Source: Balamuthia mandrillaris
Lineage: Eukaryota
Assembly (NCBI GenBank): GCA_031835245.2
Contig: JAVKOQ020000083.1
Span: 124,001-188,000, forward strand
DNA length: 64,000 bases
Direction: 5' to 3'
How positions within the stretch are numbered: the stretch's first letter is position 1; every line of letters begins with the position of its first letter. A program made the position numbers and the translations under genes. A model generated the notes under the pieces. It made no database searches. It was not told where the DNA came from and was given only the letters and a program-made list of their open reading frames with translations. Shown one piece after another: positions 1 to 13,929 of this stretch.

Positions 1-3000
1 GGACAAATAATAAATAAACGAGACGAGACAGTTTCAAGGAGCTTACCCTATAGTTATAGGAAGAACGGCCCTCAGAAGAATCCACATCAGAGCGTATTTC
101 AATGGTATCAATGTCCTGGCCTTTGTAGGTTTGTTGCCAAAGCTCTTTGATTATCTTGTTTATTTCTGCCATTTTAACTGAGTGGTACTTCATCAAAGCT
201 CTGTTTCACAATTATTGTTGAAAAAATGATAAGAAAAGAGTATTGCAAAGAAAAGGGAAAATAATAACTTATCCAACGCAACATGGTATTTCTCCAAATC
301 ACTGTTTGCCATTTCCATCGTCTACAAGTGAGCAAGGTTAGAAGAAAGCAAGCAAGCAAGGAAAGCAGGAAAGGAAGAGAATGGGGTCACCTTGACTTTG
401 ATGAGCATCTGTCTGAATTGTTCATCAATGTCTTTGTACATAGGTTTTTTGAGGTCATGAATGTGCTCTCTTATCTGTTGCTTGAAGATATCTCGCTGGC
501 CAATCAGCCTATTAGCTTCCTGGTGCTTCTTCCTTATGTTCTGAGATAAGTTCTCAATGTCAAAGTCAATTGCTTCGCTAGAGCTGAGGTCGAGGGCAGC
601 TTCTTTGGCCTTTATCTCTGCTGCTTTCTCTGCAATGCATTGCTTTTGCTTTCTGTAGCAAATGTTCTCCTCAATGTTGCGTTTGTGTATGTCACTGGTA
701 GCTAACATTTCACGTATTTCATCAAGTTGGGCGCTTAATTCTTCACTTTGGGTGGCAATATCTTGGAGGCAAGACCCTAACTCCACCTTTTGGTCATTCA
801 GTTGTTGGATCTTAATTTGTAAAGTCTCCACACTTGTTCTGGTTTATATTGAGAATTTGTGAGAAAGAAATAATAAAGGCAAGATGTTACAAGTAAGAAA
901 TAAAGAACGAGAGACATATCGTTTTGGCAACAAAGACAAGCAAAGTTTGAGAGATGACACGAAAGAAATGACAAAAAAAAAAAGTACCCTCCAATTTGCT
1001 TTTGTAAATTTTCAATGCAGGCTATGTACTCTTGGTATTGGTCCTTCTCTCGCTGGATCTCATCAAGTTGTTCCTCATATTCTTTTTGCTGCTGAGTTCT
1101 TTTTGAGACCAGTGCTTCCTTCTCGCCTATTTTTTTGTCCAAATCAGCTTTTAGTTTCTATAGAAGTAAGTTGTTAGAGATAGCGAATAGGAAGTTGCAA
1201 AAAAAAAAAAAAACCTCAATTTCTTCTTCAAGAAGTTGGTTGGCCTCGATAAGTTCTTTGCAATTGAGTTCCAACCTTACTATAGCATCTGAAGCAGCTT
1301 TGCTTTGCAGCAATCGCTCTTTGAGCTGATGCATCTCTGACTCTGCTTTATGTCGTGCAGTTTGTTTCTGTTGAAACTGAATCCTTAATTGCTCTAAATT
1401 TGCCATTATGGATTGACTGTCGGAGAATTAGGCATGTGTTGATAGCGGGAGGGGAAACAGGAGGAAAGCTAGGAACGCTGAGGAACCTTTTCTCTTGGAG
1501 CGAAGTCTGTTCAAAATCAAGATCTTCCATGGATCGGTGATCTCCTGAGTCTGTCATGTTGCGTTCTTCTCGCTCTATTTCGGTTTGCAGCCGCTTTACC
1601 TCCATGTAGTCCCTTGAAATGGAGTCTGCGTCGTTGATAAGAGAACAGAGCTTCCTTTCCTCCAAATCTAAAACTTTTAATGATTCAGAGAGCTGGGACA
1701 AAACGAGATAAGTGAAATGGATTTGACCAGCCAAAGAAATGGATCAACAGACCTCGTCTGCTTCCTTGGATAAGTTTGCTTTCTGTTGCTCCAGGGCTTG
1801 CAAACATGACTTCATGCCAGGAATATCTTGGTCTTCTAGTCTAGATATCTCCCTCCACACAGGAGACAGGCCGCTCAACATTTTATGCATTTTCTCGGTA
1901 TCGGTCAAAATGGCCTGTTGTTCGTTGAGGGATGTTGGAACTCTTGCAAGAAGTTGTTCCAGCTTTATGAGATTGTTTGTAAGATAAAAGTGATGACGGA
2001 AATCGCAAATTAAATACAATTTGTAATAAATAAATAAATAAATAAATACGAATACCTTTGAGATGAAGCTGCATAGCATGTCGGGTTCCATGCCTCGGTC
2101 ACAGAGAGGACAGCCTGCCTCCTTATGCGCCATTTCCATGAATTTTTTGTACATTATCTCGCCAGCTTGAGTCATGGCCACCTCCCTTTAAGACATTTAT
2201 GGGAATGATTATGTTACAAAAAAAAACTTGCAGAAAGGGCAAGAGAGAGAAAACAAACTTTCGAATGGCGTCAAGCTTTTGTTCTGTTTCTGTGATAAGG
2301 TCGGGAAGAGGACGGTTGATGTAACCTATTGCCTCCATTTTGGTGCGATTCTCTGTGTTCCAAAAATAACTATATTAGAATTCTTCTGATCCAATAGGCT
2401 ATTAATTTTGCAAGAGTACCGTTCAACTGGCGTTGCAGGCGCTGCAGCTGGGAGGTAGTACTATTCTCTTCACCAGTGAGAGAGGACAGTTTTATCTTGG
2501 TATCTTGTAAACGATTACGGTGTGAGGTCTGGCTTTTCCTTTTTTTGCTGTATTCAATAATGAAGGTAAGCAAATGCTTGAAATGAACAGCACGCTCCCA
2601 CAACAACAAAAAAATAAAAAAATACAATAAAATAAATAAAAAATAAAATTAAAAAATACCTCAACAGCTTATTCAGCTCAACTTTGAGGCGATCGGGAGT
2701 GGGCATGTCTGGAAATAATTCCTCAAAAGCTTGTCGTTTACTTTCCAGCTTGGATTGGTACGACTCTTCTTTGCTTTTGCATTGGCTCCGTTTGATGCTC
2801 AGGCTCGCCCTAGCGGCTGCTTCTAAATTCAGTCCCTTTATCCTATTGCCAATGTCTTTAATCTTCGCATCAAGGTCAGATTTTTCAGCATGCAGCTCAC
2901 TGATTTGTTGATTAATGGCATCGGGGTCAAATCCTTCAATCAACACATTGAGTTCGTTTTCCTGTTGGCGATAAATAGTAGTATTAAGTTGATGAACGCC

Positions 3001-4634
3001 TTTGTCAAATAAAACTCACCTTCGTTTGCAACTGTGCTTCTATTTGAGCTAGATGGCCGTGCGCTCTTCTGTTTTGTTCTATTTCTCGATTGGTAGCGTT
3101 GATGCGATCCTTGTTTGCGTTCTAAGGAAAGCCAATTACAATTTTATGTGAGAAAAATAAAAAGCAAGAAAGGGAAAAATAGGAAGAGAGTATTTACTAA
3201 AGATATGTCCTTCTGCTTTATTTGCTCTCTGATCGTACTGATCTGTTCTTGGACTTGTTCCAGGGCAGACACTATCTCTTGATTTTGTACATTGAAGTTA
3301 TTCTGCAAGTAAGCGTTAGCGTGTTAATGGGTGCGCAAGATAGCAAAGAAAGATAGAGAGAAGAAAGAGAGAGAAGAGCAGAGAGAGAAGAGAGAAGAGA
3401 GAGAGGAAGCGTCAATAAGCTTTTGTTATCATAACATATTTTACCTTAGTATTCGTGATAGCTTTGTTCAAACCAATCGACAAGCTCTTTGTGGTGCTAA
3501 GGAAGTTGGTGATTGTTGCTTGATTGAAAGGGGGCGAATCAAATCCAGGTAAGGAGTAGCGTTGTGCAAATGCCACAATCTGCTTATCACGCTCTAATGA
3601 AAGGGAATGTTGTCGCTGTTTTACAGGTAAAGTTTAGAACACAACAACAGAAAGATTTTAAAAAAAAAAGGGGGGGAGCGCGGAGGGGAAGCAACGTACT
3701 TCAAGGGAGGATTTATGGTTTCCCAATTGCTCGCTGATGTTGTGTAGTGTCTCTTCATGAGATGCCTTTTCGGAGTTAAGCTTTTGAACTCTTGTTTGAA
3801 TGTCTTTTTCAGCTGCAAAGCGGCGCTGCAGTTCTTGGTTGAAGGTCTCCGCCAACGCAAACAGTTCCTCGTCGGTTTCTTTATAACAACAAAGAAAAAA
3901 AATGAATGAAATGCAGTAAGGCTTGTTTAAAAACTATTCCAAACCTTCAAACTCTTGATTCAATTGATCGTAAGTTGCTTGATTTGCTTTTGTCATCTGA
4001 ACGAGTACTGCTTTCAGTTGCTTGACTTCATTTAGGGCTTCAGTGATGGAAGAAGCTTTTTGTCTCAGTTCCATGGAGGCTTTTTCCATGGCCTCGAGTT
4101 CAGCTTGCAGTTTTTTGATCTCCTCTTCGGCGGAGGCTTGAAATTTTTGCTTATTCTTTAGCTCTTTGCGAATCTGCAAACAACAAAAACAAAAATAAAT
4201 TTAAATAAATATAAAGAAAAATAATAATATGAACACAGGATAGTTTCGAGACAATGAACCTGATGAGCGTGATCTTTTTGGTTTTGGAGATTGTCCAGCT
4301 TTAGCTTATATTCGCGGATTTGTTGAGCCTGCTCCTTTCGTTGTTTCTTTATAGTATCCAACGCTTTTGTATATCTGAAACGTGGGGAATAAGCCCAAAC
4401 CCAAGAAGCATAAAGAAGACTAACAAACCTTGTTGCTGCAAATATGTCGTCAAACTTCTTTTTCAAAGAGGAACCTTCAGAGAGGGGCCAGTTTGATTCT
4501 TCTTGATGGCAAAAGATCACGTTCTCCAAAATGGGCTTGGAAACTCCAATCAATTCCGGTATCTCTTTGTCCAAATCCGCACAACGAAAGCTTTGACTTA
4601 CTTTCTGTGGAGTTTGAAGACAGATTTTAGAAAA

Positions 4635-4686
<52 letters not shown>

Positions 4687-5190
4687 TGAAGAAAAAGAGG
4701 AGACGCGGTGTTACCTCCCCGTTGGAGTTATAAGTCTGAAGGGCACTCTCTAGCGTCTTACACACCTTTTTGCTGGCCGTCTGTGTGAGCTGCAACGAGC
4801 GCGTGCAGACGATGGGCTTGCCGTGTACGTTGCGGAAGCGAAGTTTTATCTGAGCCTTCACCTCTCGTTCGCCCGCCACCTTCGTGTCGTGGATGAAAGC
4901 CTGCCCACTGCGGGACCCTGGCGGCAGGTTCCCCGTTGTAGCGTACTTCAAACATTCGATTACGGTCTACATAGGAAATGGAAAAAGAAGAGTCGAAAGG
5001 AGACATGAGGAAGGAGAACAAGAAGAAGTACGCAGAAGTGAATACTATTAGAGAAGAGAGAGAATACCGTTTTCCCAGCACCATTCGCACCAACGATGAT
5101 GGTCAACGGCTGATAGAATTCGATTATGTTTCTGTTCTGGGGGCTAAAGCTTCGTATCCCTTGAATAAGAAGCTTGTCGATGGTGGTCAT
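1..5190 (-). CDS. RAD50: DNA repair protein RAD50 (multi-exon; 3' end runs off the window)
   Basis: ATG at 5190: [15 protein letters not shown]...[10 protein letters not shown] (Walker A); [17 protein letters not shown] (Q-loop); long coiled coil; zinc hook CPLC near 2100-2112; [27 protein letters not shown] near the window start. Confidence 0.97.
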
Positions 5191-5409
5191 CCTCGCAAGC
5201 ACACACACATAAACCAAATACCAGAAATACAAGAAAAAAAAATGATCAACCCTCTGCCTTTTGCTCTTTGATTTCTCTCTCCTCCTCTTTTCTTCAGATC
5301 TCTCTCTGCTACCTTTTTTTTTCTCTGGCTCAATTTTTTCGAGGCAAAATTTCTGAGGGTTTAAATTTATTCCCAGAAAAATTTTATAAACAAAAACAAA
5401 AAAAAGAAA

Positions 5410-8400
5410 ATGTTCGCTGCAACGGATGCGGCGGAGGAACACCGACAAGAAGAAGAAGGCGGAATGCAAGAACAAGGAGAAGATTGTGCAGACCCAGGAC
5501 CGTACGTTTTTTAACATGACTCTTGCTTTTTTTTTTTTTTTTTTTTTTTTGGCTTTGAGAGTATCGAATCGATTGAATTTTCTCTCCGCTACGTTTTTTT
5601 TTCCCCCCCCTCTCTCTCTTTTGATCTCTTCTCTATTATTTTTGTAGTGCTTCAGCGGACACGCTGCGTTTCCTCGTTGCCACGGATAACCATTTGGGCT
5701 ATGCAGAGAAAGATCCAATCAGAGGGGACGACTCTTTCAACACTTTTGAAGAGATACTGCAACTCGCCCAATTTCACAAGGTTATTGCTACTTTTTGATT
5801 CATTTATTTTTACGTCTTGTTTGTGAGCTTTTTGTTGTCTTATGTTGTCTTATGTTGTTGTTGTTCTTCTTTTTCTTCTTTCTTTCTTCGTTCTTCGTGC
5901 TTTGTTCTTCTTATTCTTCTTCTTGTTGGTTTGTAGTGGGTGTCTTTCCTTTGTGTTGTTTTCCTGAATTGTTGCTGTTGTCCTTCTTTTGTGGTTGTGG
6001 TTGTGGTTGATTGTTCATTGGTGCTGCACACAGGTGGACGCCGTTCTGTTGGGAGGAGACCTTTTTCACGACAACAAGCCCTCTCGACGGACCTTGTTTA
6101 GGACAATGCATTTGCTGCGGAAGTATTGCCTTGGCGACAATCCCATCAGCATTCAGATTGTCAGCGACCAATCTATGAACTTTCATTCAGGGTTGGGAGG
6201 ACCTTTCTCTCTCTTTCGCTTTTCTCGTTCTGTTTCTCCTTTTTTTTTTTTTGGCTTTGTCTTGCTCGTGCTTCTCATAATCTTTGTTTCTCCTCTTATG
6301 CTGTGCTAAGAAGACTGTATTCTTATTGATGGTTCTATTTATGATAGCAATGGAGTCAATTACGAGGATCCCAATTTTAATGTCGCCATCCCCGTATTTT
6401 CTATCCATGGCAACCACGATGACCCTACTGGAGTACGTACTCAGCAGTACAGCCACTATTACTTTCCTTATGTGCCACGAAAAACTGACGGACTTTCTCT
6501 CTTTGGTTTGATGTAGGATGGTGGATTAGCTGCATTAGATTTGCTAAGCGTAGCCAATCTCGTGAACTACTTTGGAAAGAGCGAAAATGTAGATGACGTA
6601 ACTGTATATCCGATCTTGCTGACTAAGGGTAAAACCAAAGTGGCCATCTATGGTCTAGGCAATATCCGGGATGAAAGGCTTTATAGGACGTTTCAACAGA
6701 AAAAAGTAAAGCTTATGCGGCCTGTAGAAAGTCGGGAAGAATGGTTTAATATGTTTGTTCTCCACCAGAACCGGTTCGTCCTCTTTCCGCTTATCTCCTC
6801 ATGTTCTTCATCTTCTTCCTCATTCATACTATTGTAGGGTTGCCCACTCTCAAAAGAATTACATTCATGAGTGCATGCTGGACAATTTTTTGGACTTTGT
6901 GATTTGGGGACATGAACATGAATGCTTAATCACTCCTCAATCCAGCACCGTCGGTGACTTTTATATCACACAGCCTGGATCCTCTGTGGCTACTTCTCTT
7001 AGCGAAGGAGAATCCAAGAAAAAGTGACGCCTTTCTCTCGCTTGCTCTCTCTCTCGCTTCTCTTTTTAACTCCGTACTCATTGAAAACAGACATGTTGGT
7101 CTGTTGGAAATTTGTGAGGACCAATTCAGATTAAACGCTATTCCACTCAAGACGGTCCGCCCGTTTTTGATGGAGGAAGTCATCCTTAGAGAACACGATT
7201 TGGATGCGAACGACCCAGAGCAGGTGGTAGAGTTTTTGGGTGACAAAGTACGAGAAATGATTGCTCGCGTTAGCACTGAGTTTCCTAGAGACAATCGGGC
7301 GCCCAAGTTGCCTCTTATTCGTTTGAGGGTACTTGACATCATTCCTTCTCTTGTTTTCTGGTTAGTCAGTGCGCATTTTAATCTTTCCAACGTTAATATC
7401 GGCAGGTAGAGTATGGTGGCTTTTCCACGTGCAATCCGCAACGTTTTGGACAGCAGTTTGTAGGCAAAGTGGCTAATCCAAATGATATTTTACTCTTTTA
7501 CAAAAGAAGAACTGCAACACGTTCGTATTTTCTTTTTTTCTTTTTCTCTTTCCTTTTCTTATCCTTCCCTCCCCTTCCCTCCCCTTCCTCTTCCAATCGC
7601 CAAAGCAAAACAAAAGGAAGAAGGTGAAGCACAAACATTGCTTAAAGCCCACAGGCCTGAACCATTGGATGACACTCGTATCGAGGATTTGATCACGTCT
7701 TACCTTGGCATCAGCCAAAAGTTGGAAATACTACCTGAACATGAGTTTAACATTGCTCTTCACAATTTTGTAGAAAAAGACGAAAGCAAAGCAATAGCGG
7801 AGTATATCTTTCTCTCCTCCCCTCTCTGCTTCTCCCCTCATTTGTACTTGTACTTGTTATGGTATTAATACTATTCTTCAAAGATTTGTGAATAAGAGAC
7901 TTAATGACATGCAACAGTTCTTAGTAGCTGATGATCCTAAGAAAACACTGGAAACGAGCTATTTGCAAACTTTGGTCACTGAGCAAACTGACCAACTCAG
8001 GGTTCAGGTGTCTATCTCTCCTTCTCTCTCTCTCTCTCTCTCTCTCTCTTTGTAATGTATTGGCTGATATGTATTTGTTATCATTAGCATGGCTCTTTGG
8101 AGTCTAGTGAGTTAGGTATGACTATACTTTTGTTGCTTGTTCGTCATGATATTTTTCAACTCAGGTCATATAATTTGAAATCCAGATGAAGAGATTCGAA
8201 AGGAAGAAGCATTGAAAGGAGAATTTCCAGCAAAGCCGAAGTACAGTAGCGATGACGAAGAAAACGAGGATGACTTGTTGGTCGCCAGCAAGCAAAAGCA
8301 TAAGTCAAAAGCCGGGTCTTCAGTGATGCCAACGGCTCCCAACAAGCGACCTCAACAGGTTACAAAGAAATCCAAAGCCGGTTCTTCCAGTGAAACCACC

Positions 8401-9053
8401 GCTACTACTTCCTCCTCTTCCAAAGGATCAAAGAGAGCACCAGCCAAGAAAACAAGGCAAAAGCCTGGCTATGCCCTCGATGTATGCCTCTCGCTTCTTT
8501 CCTTCTGCTTCTTGCCTCTTCATTCCTCCTCTGTTTGCTTCTGCTCTATTGCTCTCTGCTTTTTGCTAACATTTTTCTAAATCGCTTTTTTATGCAGATT
8601 ACAGCAAAGGAAGAACTGCACTCAGACGATGACTTTGCGGATGTTACTATTAACAAGGGAACAAACGAAGCCAATGACAGCACAAGCAACAACAAAGGAA
8701 AGAGAAAGCGGGCAGTCATGAAGCAGGAGAAACAGGATTCTGGAATTCTGGCGATAGCCACGAGTGGCAGTGACGCAGCAGCATCTGAGCAGCCTGCCAC
8801 TACCTCCCGACCGAGACAAAAGAGAAAAACCACAACAATAGCTCCAGCAACATCCCTTTTTTCCACATCAACCAACAACGTAAGTATTCTCTCTCTTTCT
8901 CTGTTACTTCTTTCTTTAGAACTCATTCCCATTCATACACGTTCTTAGCGCAATGAAGAAGCGGATGAAGAAGAGAGCAGTAGCGCAACTACCAGCGGAG
9001 GTGGAGGAGAGGTAGCTACCGTTATCAGCCGGTGGGGGAGACGAAGAAACTAG
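5410..9053 (+). CDS. MRE11: Double-strand break repair nuclease MRE11 (multi-exon)
   Basis: Spliced phosphoesterase motifs [56 protein letters not shown]; capping domain LPLIRLRV...[16 protein letters not shown]; stop TAG 9051-9053. The first exon (ATG 5410) is inferred from splice phase. Confidence 0.96.
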
Positions 9054-9209
9054 AGATTTCTGGGTTCGTGCTTTGTTGTTATTGGAATTCTTTTAGGTGA
9101 ATTAACGCGTGCATATTTTTTAACTAGTTTAATTGCCAATCAATTATAATTGTCGTTTGCAAAATAAATAAACAAAAAAAAAAAGAAGAAAAGGTTGAAA
9201 GCGTGTGTT

Positions 9210-9231
9210 ATGGCGTCTGGTACGCGTTGTT

Positions 9232-9283
<52 letters not shown>

Positions 9284-9978
9284 TCTCTTTCTCTTTCTCT
9301 CTGCTTTGTGCTTTTTTTTTTTTGCTCGTTGCTCTAGGTGATGATCACTCAGGTTTTTTGTTTCATGTACATTACTTCGTTAGCAACGTTGAGCTTAAAG
9401 GTGAAAGGTATCTCTCTCCCTCTCTTCTCTCCCTTCCTCTCCCCACGTATTGAGTCTTTGCTGCCATGAAATAGTCATTGAAGGTAAAGATCTCTTGGCA
9501 AAGGACAAGAATGGCCTTTCTGATCCGTACGTTAAGGTATATTTTGTTTTTTGTTTTTATTTTTGACGAGAGATCATTACTCTAACGGTTGTAAAGTTGA
9601 GCGTGCCGCCACAGAAACACAGAACTACTGTCAAATCTGCCACTCTGAGGCCTCAATGGAACGAAGAGTTTACCTTGTGCGTTACTCGTAGTCTCTGCCT
9701 CTTCTCCGCGTGTTGAATAGCTGACGATGTGCACGCCATTATACAGCGTAAACATGCAAACAGACTCAGAGCTTCGGTTAAGGATTTTTGACCACGACAA
9801 GTTTAGGTTTGTTGATCAACCTGGTATTTTTCTTGATGAAAGAGCAGATTGTCACTTTCATTTACGAACCAACACCATAGCAAAGATGACTTTATGGGCG
9901 CCTATCATTTCCCAGCCAGTGAGTTGCTCAAGATCAAAGCCAGTGGACAGGCAGCTGATCTTTGGCTCCAGTGCGCCA

Positions 9979-10023
<45 letters not shown>

Positions 10024-10260
10024 CTTTCCCCTCTCTCCTCTCGCTCTCAATGAGAAGTTTGAACGCTCATACTCTCTGTTCTCTCTCTCTCTCTGTTGTG
10101 TAGACTGAAGAACAAGAAAGGAGAGCACGACCAAGAAAGAGGAACTGTACGTCTTTGTTTTTAACTTTTCATCAGTCTGTTTGTTACACAGTTATCTTCT
10201 GTGCTCTAATCTTCTGTGCTCTATAAACAGTTACATGTAAAACTGGAATGGAGTGCTTAA
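9210..10260 (+). CDS. Small single C2-domain protein (Ca2+-binding type)
   Basis: Spliced: VELKVIEGKDLLAKDKNGLSDPYVK...TLRPQWNEEF...LRIFDHDKFSKDDFMG...RGTLHVKLEWSA*. The Ca2+-ligand Asp residues are present. The N-terminal exon is tentative. Confidence 0.85.
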
Positions 10261-10369
10261 CTTCAACTGTGAATAACAACCACAAACGGGCCTTCTTCTT
10301 TTGGTTGTGCGTTCAGAAGCGAAGAAGTAGGCCAAAAATGATGGAGAGCGAGTTTGCAATCTTCTTCTT

Positions 10370-13341
10370 CTAAGAATGTCTTCGATGCTTCTTGCTTCGC
10401 TTGTGAGATTTCTCCTTGTCATGGCGTCGACTGTGCTTGTCTTTTCTCTTTTTGTCCTTTTTGTCCTTTTTTTCCTTTTTGTCTTTTTTATGCTTTTCTT
10501 TTTTCTCTCTGCTCCTCTTTTTCCGATATGCCTTCTCTGCCTCCTCTTCTTCTGTTCTGGAAGGAGGTGGTGCCGCTTCCACCCATAACGACATGTCTTC
10601 TTCCTCTTCTTTCTCTTTTTCTTTCACTCCATCATTGCTTTGCTTCATTCTACCGTCAGCACTGATTAGAGAAGTTGGTGGAACCCATGATGAGGAAGAG
10701 GAAGAAGAGAATGAAGGTGAAGAGGCTGGAGGTTCTTCTCTGGAGGATGCGAAGAGACTGGAGAATAGCGCGTCCTCTGGGTTAGCAACCGTTGTTAGAA
10801 CCGTTGTTTCGTTCTTCGTTTTCTGGATTTCATCATCGTCGTTTGTTGTTGGTGTAGTTGACGCTGCGACTAAAGAATTGGTAGAAGAATACTCTTCCAT
10901 TTTGAGGTCACCATCCTCAAAGATGGCCTTGAAAAGATCGATGGGTGGCCGCTTTGTAGCTTCCTCCTCTTCTTCCTCTTCCTCTTCCTCTTCCTCCTCT
11001 TGTAGCTCTTCTCTCTTCTTGACTTCTTGTCTTTGTCGTTCATCATTTTCAGAAGAGGAAGCAAACGCGACAAACCGTTGTGCAGCAGCTGCCGCCGTAG
11101 GAGAGAAGGAAGCAGCCGCCAACGAAGAGGATTCGGCCAAGATGGCTGTCAATGGAGCTAACGGCTTCGGACCACCTCCTTTCTTTTGGCTGTCCGCAGC
11201 AGCAACACTTCGTTCGGGAGGTTTGATGTTAAAACGTTTACACAAGAGGTTCACAGGCAGCCAGTCTTCTTCGGTGCGAACAGGAGTAACCTGTTTTGCA
11301 GCTGCAGCTCTTTGTTGTGGTTGTCCTTCTTCAATGATCTGTTGTTCATCTGATGATTGGGCTGTAGTGAAGCGAGAGGACATCATCGAAGCTGGGAGTA
11401 CAGCCATCCAACTTGGTTTTTGCGGTGGTGTTGCTGTTGTTGCTGTAGGTGTTGGTGTTGCGGTTGGTGTTGGTGTTGTTGGTGGTTGTGGTTGTTCGGT
11501 TTGTGTTTGTGCTCGTATGGCTTCAAATCGCTTTCTATCTGCTGCAGACATCAAATCAAACACAGAGTTCACTTCTTGATTTGTTGGTAATCAGAAATGC
11601 ATGAAGAAGGAAGTAAGAAACAAATAACAAGAGAAGGAGAAGGATATGTTTGTTGCATTTAACGACGTACTGTGAGGGGTAGAGGATAGCTTGGATGACG
11701 GAAGCTGCTGTTCTCCTAATAGTTCGCCTCTGCGCCTTGCGCTCATGTACCTATCTGCCGATGGAGTTTCTGTTGTCCCTTTAGTTTAACATATACAAAG
11801 AAAGCAAGAAAGAAAAAGCACAAGAAGCACGAGGGAAGAAGACAGAAAAGACAGGAGAAAAACGTTACCACTTGGAGGCAACTCTGCATCATCCCACCGA
11901 TGGATAGGCCGAAAATCCTTTGGCAGTTCTGGAGCAGGATACCACTTTGACACCACAACTGGTCGCGAAGCAGCCACAAAGTTTCCAAACACCCTGTGCT
12001 TGGAGCTGTGTTCATCCTCTTCTTCGCCTTCTTCACGCCGTTTTCCTTTCTTTCTTTTCTCACCCCGCCTTCTTCGTTGCTCATAATCCTCGTCGGCCTG
12101 CGTCAACGCAATGTCGTAAGAATGCACTTTTAAAAAATGGATGTTAGGTACCGAATAAATAAAAGGGAACAAAGTTAAAAAAGTCAAAAAAGAGAACATA
12201 GAAAGAGAAACAAAGGAAAAAGAGACGTACTATCAGGTTGTGAATAGACATCGTCGTAGGGAGTGGACACTTCAAAAGCGCCCAGGCCAAGCCCACTGGA
12301 ACCCTGCTTTGCGGAAAAGCCTTGCATCGGTATCACCGCTGCTTTTCCCGCTGTTTTGCCATATGCTCCTATGCTTCCTGTTTATGTTATTAGAGAAAGA
12401 ATAGCGAAGAAAAACACAATACTCGTAGACAAACAGATAGGGTATCGATAGCCAGACGTACCAGCAGCAGAGCCATCGGCGAGAGTGGGTCTACCGCCGC
12501 CTTTGTATGGATCATAGCCAAGGCCTTGTACGTTATTCTTCACATTAAACTCAACCACCTGAGTTTGCTGCGTGATGGCAAACCGCGACATCATGAACGA
12601 GTCAACATCTTCATTTTCTTCTTCTTCTTCGCCCTTCTTTGTCTCTTGTGCTTCTATCTTGTCTTGCTTCAGCTCTTCCAACGATACCTGCAATCCGTAC
12701 ACCCGTCTCTTCTGCTCTGGTTTCTGTTCCTCTTCCTCGTCTTCCTTTTCCTTCTGTTTGTCTTTAGCTTGCCCCTCTTTTCCGTCTTCTGTGATTGCCG
12801 TTGTCCTTTGTTGCAGCGGGCGAATGATGCGACCGTTGCGCCAACCCATTTTTCTCAGCAGCTTCCAACCGATCGGATCTTGTGCTGGCACCAACAGGTC
12901 GGCTGGTACCAGTGAAGCGGCGGCAGTAGAAGAAGAAGGTGAAGAAAAGGTTTGAGACTGTCTTTTGCCGCTGCTGGTGGTTTCTGTGCCGAAGGAGTCA
13001 AAGTCTGAGCGAGTGACAAGCGCCTTCCCTCCCATCGTCACGTCCTTCAAAGACCCAAATGAAATGAAAGAGTGTGAGAAGAAGAAGAAGAACAAGAAGA
13101 AGCAGAAGAAGAAGAAGAAGAAGAAGAAGAAGAAGAAGAAGAAGAAAAAGAAGAAGAAGAAGAAGAAAAGAAGAAGAAGAAGAAGAAGAAGAAGAAGAAG
13201 AAGAAGAAGAAGAAGAAGAACAAGAAGAAGAAGAAGAAGAAGAAGAAGAAGAAGAAGAAGAAGAAGAGCAAGAAGAAGAAGAAGAAGAGGAAGAAGAAGA
13301 AGAACAAGAAGAACAAGAAGAAGAAGAAGATGAACAAGAAG

Positions 13342-13373
<32 letters not shown>

Positions 13374-13685
13374 CGAATGAGAAGAAGAGTTGACAGAGTG
13401 GAGAAAGGACAAACAAACCATATAATCTTCCTCATCCATAAAGTCCTCTTTGTTCTGCACAAACTTGCCCCGCTGAGAGGCGGAGGAGACAAAGGATTTG
13501 GGCGTCCATCCCTCCTTGGAGCCGACCGTGTTGTAGTAACCGGCGGAGAAGCCGCCGGTGAAGGCGCCATGAAAGCGTTTCCGCCCCTCAGAGTCCCTGA
13601 CCTCCTGCTTCCACACCGGCAGGAACTTGTTCTTGTCCTCGGCCTCCTCTTCCTCCCCGTAAGCAGGCAGCGCTGTTCCTATCAT
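10370..13685 (-). CDS. GPATCH1: G-patch domain-containing protein 1 (GPATCH1/TOUGH-like)
   Basis: N-terminal [36 protein letters not shown]...EDFMDEED; G-patch [43 protein letters not shown]; Lys-rich tail. Confidence 0.93.
13075..13375. repeat. (GAA)n and (GA)n microsatellite in a GPATCH1 intron
   Basis: Directly visible. Confidence 0.95.
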
Positions 13686-13929
13686 CTCTTCTCCTTCTTT
13701 TCTTTTCTGTGCTTATTTCTTGTCGACATCAGATGCGAAGAACATTTTTTGCCCAAATGCTGTACAATTACTGCACAGCCTTAATGTCGACAAAATATCA
13801 AAATAATACTTCGAGATTGCAACCTAATAGGTCATATACATCTATTTTCCTAATTGGTACGAGAAGGAGGACAAAGACTGCACAATTTGTGCAACAAAAA
13901 GTAGCGAGCATCGAAGCAGAAGAAAAGGG

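Noticed and set aside
9338..9400. 15- and 17-nt micro-exons in the C2 gene
   Set aside because: Removing the 31-nt candidate intron breaks the frame with the next exon; read-through as a single exon fits.
10416..11579. 387-aa plus-strand ORF
   Set aside because: Antisense mirror of the GPATCH1 last exon.
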